From positions 60,001-92,000 of the forward strand of contig NZ_LT934425.1 in the NCBI RefSeq assembly GCF_900232105.1: 32,000 nt of DNA, read 5' to 3'. Below, piece after piece: positions 8,669 to 18,179 of the stretch (its first letter is position 1; every line of letters starts with the position of its first letter). The DNA comes from Candidatus Kuenenia stuttgartensis (lineage in GTDB: Bacteria; Planctomycetota; Brocadiia; Brocadiales; Brocadiaceae). Under the pieces are notes generated by a model. The model searched no databases, had not been told where the DNA came from, and saw only the letters and a program-made list of their open reading frames with translations. The translations under genes and the position numbers were made by a program.

Positions 8669-9086
8669 TTGTATATTATTTCAATTACGTTGGATACTTT
8701 AATTTACTAAACCTAAAAACTTAAGTATTGCCAGATAATATTGTAAAAATTATTTAAACACCAACTTAACAAAATATATAATAATTAACTTTGAAAATCA
8801 AAATATTTTTATGTAATAATTATTGTTAATACACAATATCTAAAAATGTTTTTAAAAGAAAAAATCATGATGATCCCAAAAAACGTATTGGCGATAGGAA
8901 ATGACCTCTTTTAAGGAAGATTGGAGGGTGGATCATAAAAAACGAAAGGAATCGGGCAGTTGGGATGTATATGTTATAGCACGGAAAATCGTTGTAGCCA
9001 CGCTTTACCAATTAGACCTATGAAATAAGTTCTATTAAAAACCTTGTATATTGTACCTGTACCAAATCTTATCTTTAACATCTAAA

Positions 9087-9170
9087 TGCCGAAGAAGGGA
9101 CTTGAACCCTTACGGTGTTGCCACCACTAGAACCTGAATCTAGCGCGTCTGCCAATTCCGCCACTTCGGC
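9087..9170 (-). tRNA. tRNA-Leu (anticodon CAG)
   Basis: Hand-folded from the sense strand GCCGAAGTGGCGGAATTGGCAGACGCGCTAGATTCAGGTTCTAGTGGTGGCAACACCGTAAGGGTTCAAGTCCCTTCTTCGGCA. It has a 7-bp acceptor stem, a CTAGA/TCTAG anticodon stem with loop TTCAGGT, a long variable arm (GGTG/CACC), and a GGTTCAAGTCC T-loop. No encoded CCA. Confidence 0.9.
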
Positions 9171-9553
9171 ATTCGAAAACACTTATTTTATCGAACATCC
9201 CATACGCAGAGATTTTAGGAAATAAAGACGATTAAGTCAAAGGTTTTTCACAAAATGACCTTGCATTGCCATTTGCAATTTGTTATTATTTGCAATCGTA
9301 TGCCTTTAAGTTGTCAATAATTACGATAAAATTTTTTTATCGTAGTGATGAAAATTCATTTTGTCTAATGATTCGTCTCATTTATAAACTTTCCTTATTA
9401 AAGCAGTTATTTTGGTAACATCGCACTCAAATAAAACAAAAACCGTGTTTTATTTCTAATAAATATTATCGTTTCAAAATAAACCTATAGGAAAACATAT
9501 GCATGTGAGAACACTCATAAAACAGAAGCATACTTTGTTTTATTCTAAATAGC

Positions 9554-9997
9554 ATGGAAATTATTGCCAAAAATAGAAAAGCCTTTTATCAATATGAGGT
9601 TTTAGAAAAAATAGAATGTGGGATTGTGCTCACTGGTACAGAAGTTAAATCGTTAAGAAATAAGGATGTTAGTATAAATGATAGTTTTGCGCAATTGGAT
9701 CATGGCGAAGCCTTTCTGTATGAAATGCATATTGGTGAATATAAACAAGGAAATCGCCAAAATCACGAACCCAAAAGGAAAAGAAAGCTCCTCCTTCATA
9801 AAAGGGAAATATCAAAAATAGCAGGAAAAGTACAACAAAAGGGATACACTCTTATACCATTATCAATATATTTTAAAAATGGACTTGCTAAATTAGAAAT
9901 TGCAATAGCACGAGGAAAATCCATGTTTGACAAACGTGAAGACATTAAAAAAAGAACGGTCGAAAGAGAGATTCGCCAGGTAATGAAAAAATTTTAA
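9554..9997 (+). CDS. smpB: SsrA-binding protein
   Basis: 147 aa. IAKNRKAFYQYEVLEKIECGIVLTGTEVKSLR...LLLHKREI...KGYTLIPLSIYFKNGLAKLEIAIARGK is collinear with SmpB. Confidence 0.9.
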   Translation: MEIIAKNRKAFYQYEVLEKIECGIVLTGTEVKSLRNKDVSINDSFAQLDHGEAFLYEMHIGEYKQGNRQNHEPKRKRKLLLHKREISKIAGKVQQKGYTLIPLSIYFKNGLAKLEIAIARGKSMFDKREDIKKRTVEREIRQVMKKF

Positions 9998-10067
9998 CAT
10001 TCATATCAGTTGCTAATTAATAATAGTATTCAAAACATTTTTCAATGAAACAAATGTATCAAAACAT

Positions 10068-10095
10068 AAAAAAGGAGTTTTAAAGCTCCTTTTTC
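10068..10095 (+). terminator. Rho-independent terminator candidate downstream of smpB
   Basis: AAAAAGGAG (10069-10077) pairs with CTCCTTTTT (10086-10094) across an 8-nt loop. The 3' arm runs into a T-tract. Confidence 0.55.
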
Positions 10096-10173
10096 ATTCT
10101 CTTTCTTTAAAACAATTAATTATACAGGTTTTTGCACCTTATAAAACCACACAATTAACGAGAAAGGTAAATT

Positions 10174-10596
10174 ATGCCTTCATCAAGGATAATGATTGTA
10201 GAGGATGAGCGACAAACAGTTGATACATTAAGGGATTTATTTGAACAATACGGTTATGAAACAGAGGTTGCCCTTAATAAAAATGTAGCGATGAATATTC
10301 TCCAGGAGAGAAAAATGGATGTTCTTATAATAAGCGAAATGGTTCAGGACATCCCTGGCATAGAAATTATGTACGATATCAGAAAAACAAACAAATTTTT
10401 ACCAATAATTATGATTTGTGATCAAAAATCAAAGCGCATTGAATCTTCTCTGATGAAGGCCGGCGCAAATATTGTTCTCTCTAAACCTTTAGACCCCATT
10501 ATTGCAGTGCAAACTATCGATAATTTGTTAAAGATGAAATATATCGCCGAAAACATAAAACCTAAAAAACGTAAAACCTCTCTAAAAAAGAAATAA
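10174..10596 (+). CDS. Stand-alone CheY-like receiver domain protein lacking the canonical phospho-acceptor Asp
   Basis: 140 aa. The acidic pocket (IMIVEDE) and the conserved Lys (LSKPLD) are present. The segment aligned to CheY FVISDWNMPNMDG is VLIISEMVQDIPG, so D57 corresponds to Ser54 (AGC 10333-10335). The T87 position is Cys. The tail is Lys-rich. Confidence 0.7.
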   Translation: MPSSRIMIVEDERQTVDTLRDLFEQYGYETEVALNKNVAMNILQERKMDVLIISEMVQDIPGIEIMYDIRKTNKFLPIIMICDQKSKRIESSLMKAGANIVLSKPLDPIIAVQTIDNLLKMKYIAENIKPKKRKTSLKKK

Positions 10597-10631
10597 CTTT
10601 TCTCTCCCAATTTTTCATACCAATACGATTT

Positions 10632-12125
10632 ATGTTTCTATTTCAACGGTTATTGCATTTTTATATGAGAAGTTGCATAATTTTTATTGCCTTATTCACC
10701 TGTTTAACGTTGCCAGTCAAAGTAATCAAGGCTGAACCAACGCATCTCAATGAACAAATCAGGAATATTTTACAGAAATATTTATTAAAAAATGCTCACT
10801 GTGGAATCAGCGTTGTATCTCTAAAAACGAATACACCTGTCGTTAATTACCAAAGCAACGATTTATTCATGGTTGCATCTAATATGAAACTTGCAACAAC
10901 CGCAACCGCATTGGAATATTTAGGGACAGATTTTAAATACAATACCTCCGTTGAAGCAGATGGGAATATAAAGAGCGATGGAACACTTGAAGGCAACATT
11001 ATCATCAGGGGAAGCGGTGATCCAAATCTATCGGGAAGATTTTACAATAACAATATTTTAACTATTCCGAATGCATGGTTACAAGCAACAAAAAATCTTG
11101 GCATACAAAAAATTACAGGGGATATTGTAGCAGATGACTCAATCTTTGACCGCAATTATATCAACGATGCCTGGCCAAAAAACCAATTGCATGAGTGGTA
11201 TTGTGCGCCCACCAGCGGTTTATCATTTAATGATAATTGCATTGATATTATTTTCGTTCCCCGGAATAACGTAAATAAAAAAGTCTCGCTGCTAATTGAA
11301 CCGAACACTTCGTTTGTCACTATCCATAACGAGTGTATTTATACTTCTGAAGAGAAGCAACATGCGTATTCCATTTATCGAAAACCCGGAACAAACGATA
11401 TTTATGTTAAGGGGAAATTTTGGACGAACGCCTCTCAGAAACGGGAGTGGGTAAGTGTGCACAGTCCTTCACTCTATCTTGCAACACTTTTTAAAGAAAT
11501 GCTTAAAAATGGCGGTATATCTGTCTTTGGAATTGCCCGATTAATTAATGAAAACGACCGGATATCATATTCGAATAAACCTATTAAAATTGCCCAAACC
11601 ATTTCCACAATGGAACAATCTATTCACATCACAAACAAACGAAGCCAAAATTTCTATGCCGAACAAATAATAAAAACATTGGGAGCACATATAAAAGGCT
11701 GTGGCAATACAGAAAACGGTTTACAAGTTATTAGCGCTTTCATGAAAAAGTTAGGCTATGACAGTGAAGAGTATAAAATACGGGACGGGTCTGGTTTGTC
11801 AAAAGAAAACAAACTCTCGCCTAATATGATAACCACTCTTTTATCATATATGAATACACACAAACACGGCAAAGTGTTTTGCGACTCACTTCCAATTTCA
11901 GGCATAGATGGCGGACTTCACCGCCGTATGGCATCTCTACAATATAAGGGTAAAATTCACGCAAAAACCGGATACATTGCCGGAGCTTCGGCGCTTTCCG
12001 GTTATATTGATACCTCTAAAGGCGATAGACTTGCATTTTCTATTCTTATTAATAATTTTAAAAGCTTACGCGATGCCAAAAAAGCACAAGACGAGATTTG
12101 CCAATTTTTAGCAGATAATTTATAA
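10632..12125 (+). CDS. dacB: D-alanyl-D-alanine carboxypeptidase/endopeptidase (PBP4, peptidase S13)
   Basis: 497 aa with a signal-like N-terminus. Contains the SxxK motif (ASNMKL), DGSGLSKENKLSP, and the KTG motif (HAKTGYIAGASALSGY), in the order typical of PBP4/DacB. Confidence 0.8.
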   Translation: MFLFQRLLHFYMRSCIIFIALFTCLTLPVKVIKAEPTHLNEQIRNILQKYLLKNAHCGISVVSLKTNTPVVNYQSNDLFMVASNMKLATTATALEYLGTDFKYNTSVEADGNIKSDGTLEGNIIIRGSGDPNLSGRFYNNNILTIPNAWLQATKNLGIQKITGDIVADDSIFDRNYINDAWPKNQLHEWYCAPTSGLSFNDNCIDIIFVPRNNVNKKVSLLIEPNTSFVTIHNECIYTSEEKQHAYSIYRKPGTNDIYVKGKFWTNASQKREWVSVHSPSLYLATLFKEMLKNGGISVFGIARLINENDRISYSNKPIKIAQTISTMEQSIHITNKRSQNFYAEQIIKTLGAHIKGCGNTENGLQVISAFMKKLGYDSEEYKIRDGSGLSKENKLSPNMITTLLSYMNTHKHGKVFCDSLPISGIDGGLHRRMASLQYKGKIHAKTGYIAGASALSGYIDTSKGDRLAFSILINNFKSLRDAKKAQDEICQFLADNL

Positions 12126-12134
12126 ACCATACAC

Positions 12135-12761
12135 ATGAGCGACCACTTAAAAAAAATATATTCACTTTATGCGTACGTTTACGACACGCTCTTCGGAAAA
12201 ATATTCGAACATGGCAGATGCACTGCTCTTAAGATGATGGATATTGAACCACATGATACCATTCTTGAAGTAGGTATTGGTACAGGGTTGTCATTGCCGC
12301 TTTATCCGAAGGGAATCAGTATAATAGGAATAGATTTGAGTGAAGAAATGTTACTGCGGGCAAAGACGAAGAAAATGAAATACACCTTGAATAACGTGCA
12401 CTTATCTACTATGGATGCATCACTACTGGCCTTCAGGAATAATACTTTTGATAAAGTCATCGCATCACATGTTATTACCGTAGTACCGGAACCCATACAC
12501 ACTTTGAATGAAATAAAAAGGGTTTGCAAAAAGGAAGGGGATATTTTTATCTTAAATTACGCCGGTATTGATAATCAGTTCATCTCCCGATTTGAAAAAA
12601 TTATCTCACCCATAAGGGATAAACTCGGTTTAGGAAAACATTTCGATCTTGACTTGTTATTAAAGGAGGCCAGCCTTCCTGTTATGAGTAAACAACAGGT
12701 AAATATTTTTAACGCATGTCAGATAATAAAATGTCGCAATAATACCTCCTCTGAAGCTTGA
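12135..12761 (+). CDS. Class I SAM-dependent methyltransferase
   Basis: 208 aa. Motif I ILEVGIGTGLSL, followed by GIDLSEEML and the acidic loop MDASLLAF..NTFDKV. Substrate not inferable. Confidence 0.7.
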   Translation: MSDHLKKIYSLYAYVYDTLFGKIFEHGRCTALKMMDIEPHDTILEVGIGTGLSLPLYPKGISIIGIDLSEEMLLRAKTKKMKYTLNNVHLSTMDASLLAFRNNTFDKVIASHVITVVPEPIHTLNEIKRVCKKEGDIFILNYAGIDNQFISRFEKIISPIRDKLGLGKHFDLDLLLKEASLPVMSKQQVNIFNACQIIKCRNNTSSEA

Positions 12762-12774
12762 AGGTCATTAATAA

Positions 12775-14073
12775 TTATCTTCCCACGCATAAATAATGAA
12801 AACCCAATTCTTTCATATCCTTAGGTTCGTATATATTTCTTCCGTCAACTATATTTGGACATTTTAAAAGTCTTTTTACTTTTTTAAGATCAAGGTCTCT
12901 AAACTCGTTCCACTCTGTTACAATAACCAGAGCATCACAGTTTTTAACCGCGGAATAAGGATCATCATAATATTTTATCCCTCTAAAGATAGTCTTTGCA
13001 TTATCCATTGCTTCAGGATCAAAGGCATTAATTTGAGCGCCCGCTTCCTGCAATTGCTTAATTAACGTTATAGAAGGCGCATCTCTCATATCATCTGTTT
13101 TTGGTTTAAACGCCAAACCCCATATAGCAATTTTTTTGTTCTTCATTTTGGGGACAAGTATTTGTATTTTTTCAAAAAGAGACCTCTTTTGTTGTTCATT
13201 TACCTCATTAACCGCTGTTAGTATTTTTGCATCAATGCCATTCTCATTCATTATTTGTATCAATGCATTTACATCCTTCGGAAAACATGACCCGCCATAT
13301 CCAATGCCTGCCTGAAGAAACCGTGGCCCTATTCTTGAATCTAATCCAGTCCCCTTCGCAATTTCTTTTATATCTCCACCAACTTTCTCACATAGTTGCG
13401 CTAATTCATTCATAAAAGAAATTCTCGTTGCAAGCATTGCATTACTCGCATACTTAATTAACTCCGCACTCCTTATATCAGTAAACATAATCGGTTTATC
13501 TGTTCTTGAAATACCATTATATATCGATTCCATAATCTTTTTTGCCTTTTCGCCTTGCACGCCTATTACAATTCTGTCCGGGTTGGTAAAATCCTTAATC
13601 GCCTCACCCTCTCGCATAAATTCAGGATTCGATGCCAAGTCAAACCTTATTGCTTTTTTTTGAAACGATTTTACCACTTTTCCTATTTTTTCTAATGTTC
13701 CGACAGGTGCAGTACTTTTATTCACTATAACTTTATACCCATTCATGTATTTTCCAATACTTTCAGCAACCGAAATAATAGCGGAAATATCAGCGCAATT
13801 ATTAAGGTCGGATGGTGTTCCCACCCCAATAAAAATAACGTCTGACTTTTGAATGCCATCTTTAATATTTGTTGTAAAAGTAATCCTCCGCACTCTTGCA
13901 TTTCTTTCCAGCATGTCTTTAAGACCGGGTTCATATATAGGAATGATACCTTTTTTCAAATTATCTATTTTGCCTTTATTAGAATCTACGCATATAACAT
14001 CGTTGCCCATATCTGCAAGACATGTGCCTGCCACAAGACCTACATAACCGCTGCCAATACAACATATTTTCAA
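12775..14073 (-). CDS. ugd: UDP-glucose 6-dehydrogenase
   Basis: 432 aa. N-terminal Rossmann motif MKICCIGSGYVGLV, catalytic GGSCFPKDV, and the UDP-binding C-terminal domain (IAIWGLAFKPKTDDMRDAP). Confidence 0.9.
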   Translation of the reverse strand: MKICCIGSGYVGLVAGTCLADMGNDVICVDSNKGKIDNLKKGIIPIYEPGLKDMLERNARVRRITFTTNIKDGIQKSDVIFIGVGTPSDLNNCADISAIISVAESIGKYMNGYKVIVNKSTAPVGTLEKIGKVVKSFQKKAIRFDLASNPEFMREGEAIKDFTNPDRIVIGVQGEKAKKIMESIYNGISRTDKPIMFTDIRSAELIKYASNAMLATRISFMNELAQLCEKVGGDIKEIAKGTGLDSRIGPRFLQAGIGYGGSCFPKDVNALIQIMNENGIDAKILTAVNEVNEQQKRSLFEKIQILVPKMKNKKIAIWGLAFKPKTDDMRDAPSITLIKQLQEAGAQINAFDPEAMDNAKTIFRGIKYYDDPYSAVKNCDALVIVTEWNEFRDLDLKKVKRLLKCPNIVDGRNIYEPKDMKELGFHYLCVGR

Positions 14074-14202
14074 TTATCGCCCTCCCCGTATTATTTTTGC
14101 CACTATCATCCTTAAAAAGAAAAAGCAGCAAGATAAATGAAATGACATTCATCATTACTGCTTTTTCAATGATCCCAGATTTTAATTCTCTAAACCGTCA
14201 TG

Positions 14203-14931
14203 TTATTGCAAAGGATTATTAATGCGTCTCGTCTTAAAAACATGCCTAGTTTTCCCTATTCTGTACTCGCCATCTACCGACACGATTATTTCTTTTACCA
14301 TACTGTTTACCGATACATTTTCGGATTCACCTTCGGTCAGAATAACATCATACGTCAATGACCAATCTTTTATATCCTTATCGGGATCAACAAATATTGA
14401 TCCGAAATGATTGGTAAGTGAACTAACCTTATCAGTAACAAAGATTATTCTGTAGTTGTTAAGATTAAACATATGTTCCTGAAATACTTTTGGAGACTGA
14501 TGGATTGGTTGACATTCAGGAATTAATTCTGAGATTTTTCCCAGAGGTACCGGACCATCCGTAAAGTTCACATAGTATTCACTCACACGGTATGTTTCCC
14601 CGCCATTTGATCTGTCAACACCATAATAAATTCTTAACTCTATATTAGTATTATTTCTTTTTAAATAGTACAGATCGTGTAGCGGAACATCATACAAAAA
14701 AGTTTTTTTCAAACCGTCCTCTTCCTCCGGAGTAACTATTCTGTATCTCCTGAAAGGTTCTTCTTCACAATATAAGTAATTTGGCGTACCAAACTTCTCC
14801 CGAACTGCATTTTTTGTCAACCATAAGATGCCATCTTCCAAACTCTCTGAAGCATGCAAGCTGCAGACAAAACCAAATATAATACTGCACAAACTAAAAA
14901 CCAAGGCCATCGAACGTATTTTCTTTACCAT
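14203..14931 (-). CDS. Hypothetical exported protein
   Basis: 242-aa ORF with a signal-like N-terminus (MVKKIRSMALVFSLCSIIFGFVCSLHA). No family recognised. Confidence 0.5.
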   Translation of the reverse strand: MVKKIRSMALVFSLCSIIFGFVCSLHASESLEDGILWLTKNAVREKFGTPNYLYCEEEPFRRYRIVTPEEEDGLKKTFLYDVPLHDLYYLKRNNTNIELRIYYGVDRSNGGETYRVSEYYVNFTDGPVPLGKISELIPECQPIHQSPKVFQEHMFNLNNYRIIFVTDKVSSLTNHFGSIFVDPDKDIKDWSLTYDVILTEGESENVSVNSMVKEIIVSVDGEYRIGKTRHVFKTRRINNPLQ

Positions 14932-15238
14932 AATTACGAATTCCTTCCTTAAAATAGAAATATCTTCACTATTTAATACAAAAAAAGCTGTTTTGAGTGG
15001 TCAGACTGCCCTAAAATCAAAGTAAGCCGAAGTATATAAATTATCAATAAATTTGTCAATTAATAATTTAGAAATTAAAATCTCCAATTATTTCAATAGC
15101 AAAAGCGCCACTCATTTAAAATCATTGACAACCAATATTGCAATTGATAGAATTCTGTTTAAAAATTATAAATCTTGAACATACTTGAGTTTATGTCTGA
15201 TATAGTAATATTGTTTAAATTTCTTTCTGGAGTTATCA

Positions 15239-16981
15239 TTGAAAGTTTTTGTTGCTAAAACCGCAGGTTTTTGTATGGGAGTCCGAAGGGCAATGGATAT
15301 CCTGCTCGATGCGGCGAATGAAAAAAATATTGGCGCTAAAGTTTATACGGACGGTCCGTTAATCCATAATCCGCAAGTGCTTGAATATCTTGAAAAAAGA
15401 GACCTTCACATTGTTAATGATGTTACAGACCTCTCGAATAGCACCGTTGTCATCAGAGCGCATGGAGTGACTCCATCCCGAAGAGCGGAAATCGAAAGTA
15501 AAGGCGCAAAAGTATGCGACGCTACCTGTCCGCATGTAATGAGGGTGCAATCTATCATCAAAAAATATGCCGCACAGGGATATTCGACGATAATTGTCGG
15601 CGATAATGGACATGCCGAGGTGGTAGGATTGCTCGGTTATGCCGAGGGAAGAGGGCATGTAGTTGAAAACATGGAAAATATAGAACTACTTCCCCCTATG
15701 GATAAGGTATGCATTGTCGCCCAAACAACGCAAGACAGGCATTTATTTAAGAGGGCTATCGATGAAATAAAAAGACGTTATCCGAATTCAGAATCTTTTG
15801 AAACTATTTGCAGTTCCACCTACAAAAGACAGGATGAAGTAGTGAATCTCTGTAAATCTGTAGATGCAATGATTGTTGTTGGGGGCAGGGGAAGCGCAAA
15901 TACAACACGGCTAGTTACAATATGCGAATCACAGGGAACTCCGACATTTCACGTTGAAACAGACTCAGAAATAGACCTCAATAAATTAAAAGTTTTTAAT
16001 ACCATTGGCGTTACTGCAGGTGCATCAACACCAAATTGGATGATCAAAAGGGTTGTTGACAAAGTAAGAACATACAAGGTCAATAAATACCAAAAAATCT
16101 TATTTGCTACAAAAAGTATCTTTAATTTTTTAATAGGCAGTTGCACGTATGTAGCATTAGGTGCGGCAAGCATGAGTTATTCGTGTGCACTGCTGCTTGG
16201 TGTTCAGCCAAGATTGATTTTTTGCATAATCGCCGCTCTTTTCATTTTTTCAATGCAGGTACTTAATCATTTTGCCAACAAAGAATCCGTGGCACTCAAC
16301 GAGCCGGCGCGGGCAAAATTTTATGAAAAAAAGCAGGTCCTTTTTGTTATTTTAGGCATATTAGGAGCGGCCTTATCTTCAATTCTTGGGCTATACCACG
16401 GCAAATCCATCTTTTTTTGTGTTTTTCTCGCCAGTCTTTTTGGTATTTTTTACCGGCTGCAAATTATACCAAAGAGTTTTTCAGGTTTTATCCGGTACAG
16501 AAGCCTTGAGCAAATACCGGGTTCAAAAGAAATTTTCTACGGCATCGCCTGGGCAGCAAGCACCGCTTTAATTCCTTTTCTGGGTGTACGGAGAGACTTC
16601 ATACCGGCGCTTGCCATTACGGTTGCATTCGCATTCAGTCTCGCTTTTATACGCGCTGTCGTTCTTGATATTCGGGATATTCAGGGGGACCGCATTTTGG
16701 GCAAAGAAACCATTCCTATCGCAATTGGAAAAGAACGCACAAAAAAAATTCTTGTTAGCATTACCCTTTTCATGGCATCTCTTCTTATAGCAGGCACACT
16801 CCTTGGATGGATATCAACGCTGGGATATTTTTTGCTTCCGTGCATAGCTTATGCCTCCGGTTATCAATATCTTTTCCAAAAAAGAATAATAACGGAAGGA
16901 TTGCTGCTGGAAACGATAGCAGATTTTAATTTTATTTTTGCCGGTCTTATGGCGATTTTATGGCAATCTTTAACTTTTTAA
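15239..16981 (+). CDS. ispH: 4-hydroxy-3-methylbut-2-enyl diphosphate reductase (IspH/LytB) fused to a C-terminal polytopic UbiA-like membrane domain
   Basis: TTG start with GGAG 8 nt upstream. Residues 1-~285 are collinear with IspH and include the three cluster cysteines (GFCMGV, DATCPHV, ICSSTYKRQ) and GASTPNW. Residues ~295-580 are hydrophobic multi-span. They carry a DIRDIQGDRILGKETIPIAIG motif (UbiA second Asp-rich motif) and a degenerate first motif, NHFANKESVALNEP. Confidence 0.8.
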   Translation: MKVFVAKTAGFCMGVRRAMDILLDAANEKNIGAKVYTDGPLIHNPQVLEYLEKRDLHIVNDVTDLSNSTVVIRAHGVTPSRRAEIESKGAKVCDATCPHVMRVQSIIKKYAAQGYSTIIVGDNGHAEVVGLLGYAEGRGHVVENMENIELLPPMDKVCIVAQTTQDRHLFKRAIDEIKRRYPNSESFETICSSTYKRQDEVVNLCKSVDAMIVVGGRGSANTTRLVTICESQGTPTFHVETDSEIDLNKLKVFNTIGVTAGASTPNWMIKRVVDKVRTYKVNKYQKILFATKSIFNFLIGSCTYVALGAASMSYSCALLLGVQPRLIFCIIAALFIFSMQVLNHFANKESVALNEPARAKFYEKKQVLFVILGILGAALSSILGLYHGKSIFFCVFLASLFGIFYRLQIIPKSFSGFIRYRSLEQIPGSKEIFYGIAWAASTALIPFLGVRRDFIPALAITVAFAFSLAFIRAVVLDIRDIQGDRILGKETIPIAIGKERTKKILVSITLFMASLLIAGTLLGWISTLGYFLLPCIAYASGYQYLFQKRIITEGLLLETIADFNFIFAGLMAILWQSLTF

Positions 16982-17001
16982 TTCGATAAAGTAAGGCGTG
17001 T

Positions 17002-17700
17002 ATGGAAACATTAAACAAATTTTTCAATCTATTAAAAACAGACATCCGAAAAAGGATGTTAACGGGCTTGTTATTAATCATCCCCATTTACGTAACCTTT
17101 TTTGTTGTAAAATTTCTCTTTAGTTTTATTGGGGGGACTCTTTCTCCACTTATAAAAAAAATATTTCTTTTATTTGATGCTGAGCTGCCAAAAACATCCG
17201 CCGATGAATTTATAATTACGTTCATCGGGCTTATCTTCACATTCGCCTCATTGTATTTTATAGGTGTCTTCGCCGCGAATATTATCGGCAAATCAATAAT
17301 TCATTATTTTGAAAACCTTTTAACAAAAACACCTGTTATTAACAATATTTATTCCACCGTGAAACAGATCGTACACGCAGTAAGCCTCCCCGGCAAACAA
17401 GCTTTCAAACGTGTTATTATACTGGATTTTCCAAAAGAAGGCACAAAAGCAATTGGTTTTGTAACAGGCAGCGTAAAAGAGAACGGCAAAGAAATATTTA
17501 TTAGTGTTTTTGTACCAACCACTCCAAACCCCACATCTGGTTTTTTGATATATACGACAGAAGATGCGGTGATAGACACAAACCTTACCGTTGAAGAGGC
17601 ATTTAAAGCACTGCTATCTGGCGGCGTATTAACTCCTAAACAATTTGCAACAATTTTAAAAACACCGCCCGACACGAAGTCTTCTGAAAAAAATACCTGA
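17002..17700 (+). CDS. DUF502-family membrane protein
   Basis: 232 aa. Two N-terminal TM segments followed by the VFVPTTPNPTSGFLIY signature typical of DUF502/COG2928 proteins. Confidence 0.7.
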   Translation: METLNKFFNLLKTDIRKRMLTGLLLIIPIYVTFFVVKFLFSFIGGTLSPLIKKIFLLFDAELPKTSADEFIITFIGLIFTFASLYFIGVFAANIIGKSIIHYFENLLTKTPVINNIYSTVKQIVHAVSLPGKQAFKRVIILDFPKEGTKAIGFVTGSVKENGKEIFISVFVPTTPNPTSGFLIYTTEDAVIDTNLTVEEAFKALLSGGVLTPKQFATILKTPPDTKSSEKNT

Positions 17701-17742
17701 ACCATTTCACACTACAGGTCATTTATCAAAATCGGCATTTGT

Positions 17743-18179
17743 TTAGCCAACGCTTTTGATAAAATCCAGGTCGTTCAATGCTCCGTGTTTATAAGTGTAT
17801 TGCTCCTTGATTATCTGAATTTCAGACAGCACTACATTGAAAGTCTCAATCAGCCCAGGATCAAAATGCGTCCCGGCGCATTCCCCTATTTCACGCACCG
17901 CCTCTTCTATAGACCATGCCTTTTTGAAGGACGATCTATTGTCAGGGCGTCGAAAACATCGGCTATGGTGATAATCCTGCCAGACAGCGGGATTTCCTCG
18001 CCCCTGAGCTTCTTGGGGTAACCACTCCCGTCCCATTTTTTGTGGTGAGTTAGCGCGAGTATGCATGCTGTCTGGCGCAGAATTCCGGGATGGTTCCCGA
18101 TAATTTCTGCACACATTGCCGGGTGCATACGCATAACCACCCATTCGGTTTCATCGGGCTTACCAAGCTTGAGGAGTAT
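17743..18179 (-). pseudogene. C-terminal remnant of an HD-GYP c-di-GMP phosphodiesterase, 5'-truncated by an IS630-family element and frameshifted
   Basis: Minus strand reads ILLKLGKPDETEWVVMRMHPAMCAEII...ALTHHKKWDGSGYPKKLRGEEIPLSGRIITIADVFDALT. After a 1-nt frame change near 17930-17940 it continues (D)RSSFKKAWSIEEAVREIGECAGTHFDPGLIETF. The upstream HD half is absent. Confidence 0.75.

Noticed and set aside
9171-10173. Possible tmRNA (ssrA) next to smpB.
   Set aside because: No tRNA-Ala-like acceptor/T-arm (GGTTCGA.TCC...CCA context) or tag-peptide reading frame could be found in the flanking non-coding DNA. Only AT-rich hairpins and a terminator are present.
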